NCBI GenBank assembly: GCA_038231455.1
Contig: JBBRLI010000046.1
Location: 1 to 10,233 of the forward strand
Direction: 5' to 3'
Length of the DNA stretch: 10,233 nucleotides
Source of the DNA: Vulcanimicrobiales bacterium
GTDB taxonomy: Bacteria > Vulcanimicrobiota > Vulcanimicrobiia > Vulcanimicrobiales > Vulcanimicrobiaceae
In this document: one piece after another, positions 1 to 6,881 of the stretch
Numbering within the stretch: position 1 is the stretch's first letter
How the letters are laid out: every line of letters starts with the position of its first letter
Position numbers and translations under genes: made by a program
Notes under the pieces: model-generated
The model's database searches: none
Told to the model about the DNA's origin: nothing
The model's input: only the letters and a program-made list of their open reading frames with translations

Positions 1-2
1 GC

Positions 3-857
3 GTCGACCCGCTGGTCGCCGACATCGCCCAGGCGCTGGCCACGGGCAGCATGACCTCGATCCATCGCTGGGTCCGTAGTCAGGCAAACGAGACCCCACG
101 CTCGACCGTCCTCGAGATTCTCTCGTCGACGTGCTTTGCGATCTCGCTTGAGGCCGATCCGTTTGCGACCGACCGCCGTTCGGTGCTTACGTTCTTCGAC
201 CGAATCCAAACCGAAGCGGCCACCATCTTGGCGACCCTCGGAAAAGCTCCCTCGGAATTGCTCGCGTCCAACGATGCAATGTCAGCACTCCTCGCGGCGC
301 TCGATGCCCGCGATGGAGCAACGTGCTGTCATTCGCGCGCTACTGGGGAGTGGGCGCGCCGCCTGACCGAAGCGATGCGTCTGCCTGCCGCGCAAGCAGA
401 TGTCATCGTCTCGGCGGCGGTGCTACATGATGTCGGCAAGATCGCAACGCCCGACCGCGTGCTCTTAAAAGACTCACAGCTCGACGCCGACGAGTGGGCC
501 GTTATGCGTGCGCACTCCGCGCAAGGCGAGAAAATTTTACTGGGCTTGCCCGCCCTTGCGTATCTCGCACCGTTCGTGCGCGCTCACCACGAGCGTTGGG
601 ACGGCGCGGGGTATCCCGATCGGCTCGCCGGCACGCAGATTCCGTTTGAATCGCGCGTCGTCTCCGTGGTCGATGCCTTCCACGCCATGATTTCGAAGCG
701 TCCTTACCGCGATGCGATTACGCCGCGTAAGGCAATCGAAATCCTCAAGGACGGTGCCGGGTCGCAGTGGGATCCGGAGATCGTCGAAGAGATGGTCGCC
801 ATGGTCGAGAACCGCGGCCGCCGTTCGCGCGACGTTCGGCAAGCCAACACCGCCTAA
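3..857 (+). CDS. HD-GYP domain cyclic-dinucleotide phosphodiesterase family protein with an unidentified N-terminal helical region; probably 5'-truncated by the window edge
   Basis: Motifs LHDVGK, HHERWDGAGYP and RPYR, plus HSR and AHS histidines. The frame stays open upstream of ATG 51 to the window start (VDPLVADIAQALATGS-M), so the true start is probably outside the window. Confidence 0.9.
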   Translation, partial: VDPLVADIAQALATGSMTSIHRWVRSQANETPRSTVLEILSSTCFAISLEADPFATDRRSVLTFFDRIQTEAATILATLGKAPSELLASNDAMSALLAALDARDGATCCHSRATGEWARRLTEAMRLPAAQADVIVSAAVLHDVGKIATPDRVLLKDSQLDADEWAVMRAHSAQGEKILLGLPALAYLAPFVRAHHERWDGAGYPDRLAGTQIPFESRVVSVVDAFHAMISKRPYRDAITPRKAIEILKDGAGSQWDPEIVEEMVAMVENRGRRSRDVRQANTA

Positions 858-880
858 TCGCGTTCGTCTTCCCCCGCAGC

Positions 881-918
881 GCCGCGCCCTCTGACCAGGG
901 GCGCGGCCTTTTCATTTT
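881..918 (+). terminator. Rho-independent terminator downstream of the HD-GYP gene
   Basis: GCCGCGCCC (881-889) pairs with GGGCGCGGC (899-907), followed by CTTTTCATTTT, about 24 nt after the TAA stop. Confidence 0.85.
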
Positions 919-986
919 ATGCGAAGCAAAACGCGTTGCCGCGTCGTACCTGGTTCACTTCACTTCCTAATTACCGATGAGGTCGC

Positions 987-3644
987 ATGCGTTTCTCTCC
1001 TGCACGAATCGCCGCCGGCGCGGCACTAGCAGTCATGCTCGCCGCTCCCGCGTTTGCCGAAAAGCCGTTCTCGTTTGACGGCACGCCCGGCAAACTGCCG
1101 AAGACCGTCGTGCCGACGGCGTACGATATTCACTTGGTGACCGACGTTGCCAAACACGCATTCAGCGGAAGCGAAACGGTACGCGTCACCGTTCGCAAAG
1201 CGACCGCCCGCGTGTCGCTCAATACACTGGATATGATCGTGTCCGCGGCGAGCGCCGATGGCAATTCTGCGACCAAAATCGCGACGGACAATAAAGAGCA
1301 AGTTACGACCTTGAGCTTTGCGAAACCGCTGACTGCCGGCACGCATCTGTTGCGCCTGGCCTACACGGGGACGATGCAGCGCTCGCCGGAGGGGCTCTTC
1401 TATCAGCCCTATCGCGATGCAGCGGGCGATCACGTCATGATCTCGACGCAGTTCGAGTCGACCGACGCGCGGCGGATGTTTCCGAGCTGGGATGAGCCCG
1501 CTTTCCGGGCCACCTACCAACTCGAAGCGGCGGTTCCCAAAGCCTGGATGGCCGTCTCGAACACGCCGATCCTCAGCGAAAAGCCGGCGGCAAACGATTT
1601 AAAGACCGTGCGCTTCGCGCGCACGCCGAAAATGTCGTCGTATCTTGTGGTGCTTTCGGCCGGCGATTTTAGCGCGATCGAAGGAACCTCGGATGGCGTG
1701 AAGATTCGTGTCGTCACACCGAAAGGCCGTGAAGAGACCGGACGGTACGCGCTCGAATCGGCGGAAAAAATCCTCGCGTATTACGACGACTATTTCGGCG
1801 TGAAATTCCCGCTACCCAAACTCGATCTCATTGCGATCCCCGGCGGTTTTGGCGGAGCGATGGAAAACTGGGGCGGCATCACGTTCAACGAGCGTGCGCT
1901 GCTCTTCGATCCCAAGACCTCGACGAGCGGTGCAAAACAAGGCGTGTTCAGCGTCATCGCGCACGAGATGGCGCACCAATGGTTCGGCGATCTTGTGACT
2001 ACGGCGTGGTGGGACAACATTTGGCTCAACGAGGGCTTTGCGTCGTGGATGGGCACCAAGGCGACCGACCACTTCAATCCCGACTGGAACGTCTGGCAGG
2101 AAGCAAACGGCGAGAAAGAAGCCGCGATGAGCGCGGATGCCCGACTCACGACGCATCCGATTCAGCAGGCAATCACGAACGAAGCCGAAGCCGCGGCCTC
2201 GTTCGATAACATCACATACTTAAAAGGGCAGTCGTTTTTGCGCATGCTCGAGACGTATCTCGGTGAGGCGCCGTTCCGCACCGGGATCCGCGAGTACATG
2301 CAGACGCATAAATACAGCAACACAACGACGGCCGATCTCTGGACCTCGCTTGCCGCCGCATCGCACAAGCCTGTCGTGCAGCTCGCTGCCGCGTGGACCG
2401 AACAGCCGGGCTTCCCGGTTGTCAACGTGACCGCGACGTGCGCGTCGGGTCGACGGTCGCTCGGACTTTCCCAATCGCGCTTCTTGCTCAGTGGCACCGA
2501 TCCGAAGGCCGGAAACGATTTCTGGTACGTGCCCGTTGGCGTGAAGACCGCCTCGAGTGCGAATGCCAATTACACGCTCCTCAACACCGCAAGCGCATCG
2601 GCGAGCGCCGGTGGATGCGACGAGCCCTTCGTCGTCAACGCCGGTAACGTCGGATACTACCGGGTGCAGTACAGTCCGGAGCTTGCGGCATTCGTGCAGC
2701 AGCATCTCGCCGATCTCTCGGTCAACGACCGAATCGACATTCTGGGCGATTCGTGGGCGATGGTTCAGGCCGGTCGCCAACCCTCGAATGCGTATTTGAG
2801 CTTAGTGAAAGCCTTAGGCCCCGATCTCAATCTCGTTGAGTGGCAACAAATCTCAACGGCGCTCGGGACGCTCGCCGACTACGAACGCGGGAAGCCCGGT
2901 TCGAAAGCATACGACGCTTATCTTCGCAGCGTGTACCGTCCGCTCTACGATAAACTGGGTTGGGATTCTAAGCCCGGTGATACCGTGCCGATGCAACAAT
3001 TACGACGCATGGTCGTTGGGATGCTCGGCGGCGCCTCCGATCCCGGTATCCTTGCCGAGTCCAAGACGCGCTTTGCGTCATTCCAGCAGAATCCGAGTAG
3101 CGTCTCGCCGGACGATCAAGGCCTGTTGCTCGGAATCGTCGGCGCAAACGCCGATGCGGCAACGTGGGATCAACTCCACACCCTCGCGCAAAAAGCCACG
3201 TCGATCGATGAGAAGCAGCGCTACTTTGGCGCAATGGCCGTCGTCAAAGACGATGCCCTTGCACAAAAGGCGCTCGACCTCTCGCTGAGCGACGAAATCC
3301 CACCGCAGATCGCGCAGTTCCGCATTCAGATGCTCGGCGCAGTCGCTGCCGGACACCAACAGCTCGCGTGGACGTTCTACAAAGCGCACAATGCCGAATT
3401 GTTCAAGGAGCGCTCGACGTTCGAGAAGATCCTGAGCTTTACGGGTTTTGAAAACGTCTTCTGGAACGCCGCACCCGTTGAAGAAATTGAAGGGTACACC
3501 AAAAAGAACGTTCCGCCCGAAGCGTATAAAGAAGTCGCGAAGGCAACGGAGCGCGTGAAATTCCGTCGTGCGTTGCAAGAGAAACTGCTTCCGCAGGTCG
3601 ACGCATATGTGGTCAACGCGGCAGGACCATTCACGACCAAGTAA
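987..3644 (+). CDS. pepN: Exported M1-family zinc aminopeptidase (aminopeptidase N-like, ERAP1-like C-terminal domain)
   Basis: GAMEN exopeptidase motif (GGAMENWG), HEMAH...NEGFA zinc motif, catalytic Tyr in ITYLKG, and STQFESTDARRMFPSWDEP. Sec-type signal peptide MRFSPARIAAGAALAVMLAAPAFA. GAGGT at 979-983 precedes the ATG. Confidence 0.93.
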   Translation: MRFSPARIAAGAALAVMLAAPAFAEKPFSFDGTPGKLPKTVVPTAYDIHLVTDVAKHAFSGSETVRVTVRKATARVSLNTLDMIVSAASADGNSATKIATDNKEQVTTLSFAKPLTAGTHLLRLAYTGTMQRSPEGLFYQPYRDAAGDHVMISTQFESTDARRMFPSWDEPAFRATYQLEAAVPKAWMAVSNTPILSEKPAANDLKTVRFARTPKMSSYLVVLSAGDFSAIEGTSDGVKIRVVTPKGREETGRYALESAEKILAYYDDYFGVKFPLPKLDLIAIPGGFGGAMENWGGITFNERALLFDPKTSTSGAKQGVFSVIAHEMAHQWFGDLVTTAWWDNIWLNEGFASWMGTKATDHFNPDWNVWQEANGEKEAAMSADARLTTHPIQQAITNEAEAAASFDNITYLKGQSFLRMLETYLGEAPFRTGIREYMQTHKYSNTTTADLWTSLAAASHKPVVQLAAAWTEQPGFPVVNVTATCASGRRSLGLSQSRFLLSGTDPKAGNDFWYVPVGVKTASSANANYTLLNTASASASAGGCDEPFVVNAGNVGYYRVQYSPELAAFVQQHLADLSVNDRIDILGDSWAMVQAGRQPSNAYLSLVKALGPDLNLVEWQQISTALGTLADYERGKPGSKAYDAYLRSVYRPLYDKLGWDSKPGDTVPMQQLRRMVVGMLGGASDPGILAESKTRFASFQQNPSSVSPDDQGLLLGIVGANADAATWDQLHTLAQKATSIDEKQRYFGAMAVVKDDALAQKALDLSLSDEIPPQIAQFRIQMLGAVAAGHQQLAWTFYKAHNAELFKERSTFEKILSFTGFENVFWNAAPVEEIEGYTKKNVPPEAYKEVAKATERVKFRRALQEKLLPQVDAYVVNAAGPFTTK

Positions 3645-4354
3645 CGCCCGTCATCGCGCTTCACGGCGCGGTCGCGAACGGTGCAACGTGGCTTCCGCTG
3701 GCTCGCCGGCTCGGGCCACGTTTTTCCGTTGCGATGCCGGATCTTGCCGGTCACGGTGCGCGGCGCGACGAGCCGTTTACCTACGGTGGTGCGCTCGCCG
3801 ACATCGGTACGTGGATTAGCGCGTGTTCCGCACCACCGATTCTCGTCGGCGATTCACTCGGCGGCTATCTTGCAATCGCTGCTGCTGCCCATGCCGGACA
3901 GCGCGTTGCGGGCGTCGTCGCGGGCGGCTGCACGTACCCACTCGATGGCGGAGCGGGCGCGCTCTCCTATTTCAGCGACCTTGCGGGTGATGCGTTCGTC
4001 TCACTGGTGGGTGCGACGCGGATCGAAGGTTGGCTCGATCGATCGTTTTCGCGAATCACCGCGCGGCTCGACGTGCGCGCGGATGCGGACGAGATCGTGT
4101 CGCGTGGATTCGCCGTCTCGATGCGTGGTGTGACGCTGCGCGCACTCATCTCGCGCGACTTCATCGCGCTCGCGCGGACGATCGCCGCGCCGACGATCTA
4201 TATTAATGGCGCTTTCGACTATCCCATTCGCTTCGGCGAGCGCGCGTTCGCTCGCGCGACGCCCGGAGCGCGCGTCATGATCGCTCCGGGCGTCGGGCAC
4301 GGTGTCGGCCTGACGCATCCGCAGACGTTCGCCGAGGCCATTTTCGCGCTTTAA
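3641..4354 (+). CDS. Alpha/beta-fold hydrolase; start uncertain (first ATG at 3734, but homology-like sequence extends to about 3641)
   Basis: Nucleophile elbow GDSLGG, candidate acid in NGAFD and His in GVGHG. In-frame translation upstream of ATG 3734 gives VTPVIALHGAVANGATWLPLARRLGPRFSVA-MPDLAGHG, the typical family N-terminus. Confidence 0.8.
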   Translation, partial: VTPVIALHGAVANGATWLPLARRLGPRFSVAMPDLAGHGARRDEPFTYGGALADIGTWISACSAPPILVGDSLGGYLAIAAAAHAGQRVAGVVAGGCTYPLDGGAGALSYFSDLAGDAFVSLVGATRIEGWLDRSFSRITARLDVRADADEIVSRGFAVSMRGVTLRALISRDFIALARTIAAPTIYINGAFDYPIRFGERAFARATPGARVMIAPGVGHGVGLTHPQTFAEAIFAL

Positions 4355-6216
4355 CGGTGCGCTTTTGCAATCTCCGCGAGCAGGTCGGGTTTACCGGCGG
4401 TACGTTCGAGGTGCGCGTATCGCTCGCCGAGGTGGTAGTCGACATCAATCGTGCTTACGGAGCCGAAATTGTCGACGACAAACGCGATCGGTCCCTTATT
4501 TGTCATGGCTGCCTTGAGGGCAGCGTGATAGCCGTCTGCAGAGAAGCGGCGGCCCGCGACGGCAAGGATTTTCATGAACGGCGAGAGTCCGGCGTGGGCG
4601 GCGGCACTGCCGTCGATGACGTCGAGGATTTCGCCGGTTTCGGTCTTGATTTGCAGTCCGATCGATTCGCTCGAATCGATCGATTTATCGATGCGCTCGC
4701 CTTCGCGATCGAGCCGTCCGGGGGTGTCGTTGTACGTGAGGTGCCAGCCAGCGCGTTCGATTCCGCCGAGCGGCGGCTTCGGCGCGATCGTATCGATGCG
4801 TTCGGTGAATAACGTCGCCCAGTCGTACGGCACGACGGCGTTTAGCGTCGCGATCACGTCGGCACGTGTATACGTTTTGACCATCGGTGCGCTTGTCGGC
4901 GCGCCATGGAAGGCTTTGCAGAAATCATCCATCGATTTTGCGCCGCCGGATTGCTGACGGATAATCGTATCGGCCTCGAGCCAAATCAACTCGCCCTCGC
5001 TATAAAATGCAACGTCGCGGCGCTCGTGCGAAAACGCCTTGGGGGCGTTGTAGAGAAACGGCGCGGAGACGGCCGTATCGAGCAGCGGTCGCGTTTGGCG
5101 TCCGGTCTGCGTTTCGAGTTGTTCGACGATACGCGCGAGGGCTTCGGGATATTCTGTCGCCGCACGTAATCCCGCGCGGTGCGTGAAGACATCGCCGAGA
5201 TACTGGGTGAGGCCCTCGTAAACCCACAGCAGATCCGTTTGCTCGGGATCTTGGAAATTCGCGACGGCAAGGTCGGCGGGGCGACGGTACTTGCCGTTCC
5301 AACTGTGCGTGAATTCGTGCGGCAGCAGATCGGCACTGTAATGGAGGGCGTCGGGGTCGGTGAGGTAATTTTCCGATGCGCGATTGTCGCTTGACTCATG
5401 ATGCTCGATGCCCTGGAAATCGATCGCATCGCTAAGCGTGAGCAAGAAGTGATAGTTGCGCCAGTGGCGCGCACCGAAGAGGGCGTCCGTTTCGGCGACG
5501 AGATTCTTGTATTTGTCGATCGTCTCGGACGTGACGGCAAGTGCCGCGTCGGACTCACCGGCAAGATCGAGTTCGTTTGTTCCGCCGTTCGTCGAGAGCG
5601 TAATCTTTCGTATGTGCGCGCCGGTGAGGAGCGGGGAATCGGCCAGCGTCTCGAGCGACACTTCGGAGAAATCGACGCGATTGCCGATCTTTGCGCGCGT
5701 CATCAGGGACGTTGCATAGTCCCATGTCGGCGGCAAGACGATGCTCGGAATCAATCGCACGTCGGCGTTGTTGCCGCCTTGCGGCGAGAGCACAACTGCG
5801 TACCAGTTCAGCATCGCCATGGTTCCGGAGGTCGTGCGTTCTTTTCCGCCCGGTGTCGTCGAGCCGGAGAGCAGATAGTCAAGCGATGCATCAAGGCGCA
5901 GCGTGCCCGGTGGCACTACGACGTGGAATGCATATTGGTCGATGCGATCGCGCCGCCACGTTAGCGGTGTGCCTCCCGCCGAGATGCGTAGCGCGGCCAG
6001 TTCGTTGATCGGACCGTTCGGTCCGTGCTCGCCCGGAATCCAGCGCGGGTACACAAGGGTCAGCGGACCCGGCGCGACGGGGATGGTCAGCTTGGCGCGG
6101 ACGATGCCATGCGCGACGGCCGTCGCATCGACGACGAGCGTCTCGGCTGCCTGCTGGGCTGAGGCGGGCGCGCTCGCGAGCGCAAGAAGAAGGGCGACGA
6201 CAAAAACAAATCGCAT
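4351..6216 (-). CDS. Exported M61-family (glycyl aminopeptidase-like) zinc metallopeptidase with C-terminal PDZ domain
   Basis: PRWIPGEH, GIEHHES, HEFTHSWNGKYRRP (HExxH) and LLWVYEGLTQY motifs; PDZ-like DVIDGSAAAHAGL...ILAV. Start placed at ATG 6216 rather than GTG 6261 because AAAGGGG lies just upstream and a signal peptide follows (MRFVFVVALLLALASAPASA). Confidence 0.9.
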   Translation of the reverse strand: MRFVFVVALLLALASAPASAQQAAETLVVDATAVAHGIVRAKLTIPVAPGPLTLVYPRWIPGEHGPNGPINELAALRISAGGTPLTWRRDRIDQYAFHVVVPPGTLRLDASLDYLLSGSTTPGGKERTTSGTMAMLNWYAVVLSPQGGNNADVRLIPSIVLPPTWDYATSLMTRAKIGNRVDFSEVSLETLADSPLLTGAHIRKITLSTNGGTNELDLAGESDAALAVTSETIDKYKNLVAETDALFGARHWRNYHFLLTLSDAIDFQGIEHHESSDNRASENYLTDPDALHYSADLLPHEFTHSWNGKYRRPADLAVANFQDPEQTDLLWVYEGLTQYLGDVFTHRAGLRAATEYPEALARIVEQLETQTGRQTRPLLDTAVSAPFLYNAPKAFSHERRDVAFYSEGELIWLEADTIIRQQSGGAKSMDDFCKAFHGAPTSAPMVKTYTRADVIATLNAVVPYDWATLFTERIDTIAPKPPLGGIERAGWHLTYNDTPGRLDREGERIDKSIDSSESIGLQIKTETGEILDVIDGSAAAHAGLSPFMKILAVAGRRFSADGYHAALKAAMTNKGPIAFVVDNFGSVSTIDVDYHLGERYAHLERTAGKPDLLAEIAKAHR

Positions 6217-6272
6217 CGCGCCCCTTTCGAAAGAGGTCGCATCTGCTCCGTGGAGGGACACCTCCTAGTGAA

Positions 6273-6288
6273 TCGAACGTACGTACGA
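6273..6288. promoter_or_regulatory. Putative LexA (SOS) box, Gram-positive/actinobacterial type
   Basis: TCGAAC-GTAC-GTACGA is one mismatch from TCGAAC-N4-GTTCGA and abuts the ATG of a DNA-repair-family gene. Confidence 0.6.
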
Positions 6289-6881
6289 TGCTCGCCCAGC
6301 AAGTGGCCTTATTCGATGAGCGCCAAGCGGAAATCGCGCTCGTCCGCGAGCGAGGCGATGTCGTCTTCTATCCCGGCTTTCTGGATCGCGCACTTGGCTT
6401 TGCGCTCTTCGCCGAGCTGCGCGCCGAGACTACGTGGAGCGCCGACTCGCGCATGATGTACGGCAAACGCGTCCTCGTCCCGCGTGAGACGGCATCGCGC
6501 GGCGACGGAACGCGTCAGCCGTGGTCTCCGCTCTTGCTCGAGGTGAAAGACCTCGTTCAAACGGGAGCCGGCGTGAAATTTGACTACGTGTTCATCAATC
6601 GCTACCGGAACGGGAACGATAGCGTCGCTTGGCACAACGACAACGACGCCGATGCCGATCCGCGGCTCCACATTGCTTCGCTCACCTTAGGTGCGACGCG
6701 CACGTTCGATCTGCGTCCGCGGATCACAAGCGGGCTGCGCCAGCGCAAGATCTCCGTCGACGTCCAACACGGCGACCTCCTCATCATGCGCGGCGAGACG
6801 CAGCGTCACTGGCAGCACCGGATCGCAAAAGACCCGCGCATTCACGAAGAACGAATCAACCTAACGTTTCGGCAGCGTTAG
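6288..6881 (+). CDS. AlkB-family 2-oxoglutarate/Fe(II) dioxygenase (ALKBH2/3-like alkylated nucleic acid repair)
   Basis: NRYRNGNDSVAWHND (HxD), SLTLGATRTF, HGDLLIMRGETQRHWQH (distal His) and RINLTFR (2OG-binding arginines). Confidence 0.92.
   Translation: MLAQQVALFDERQAEIALVRERGDVVFYPGFLDRALGFALFAELRAETTWSADSRMMYGKRVLVPRETASRGDGTRQPWSPLLLEVKDLVQTGAGVKFDYVFINRYRNGNDSVAWHNDNDADADPRLHIASLTLGATRTFDLRPRITSGLRQRKISVDVQHGDLLIMRGETQRHWQHRIAKDPRIHEERINLTFRQR

Noticed and set aside
945-957. CGTAC-CTG-GTTCA upstream of the M1 peptidase as a second SOS box
   Set aside because: The spacer is 3 nt rather than 4, and the downstream gene has no repair function.
6217-6261. Longer M61 start at GTG 6261
   Set aside because: It adds 15 residues before a clear signal peptide, and its AGGAG has no spacer; ATG 6216 has a better-placed SD.
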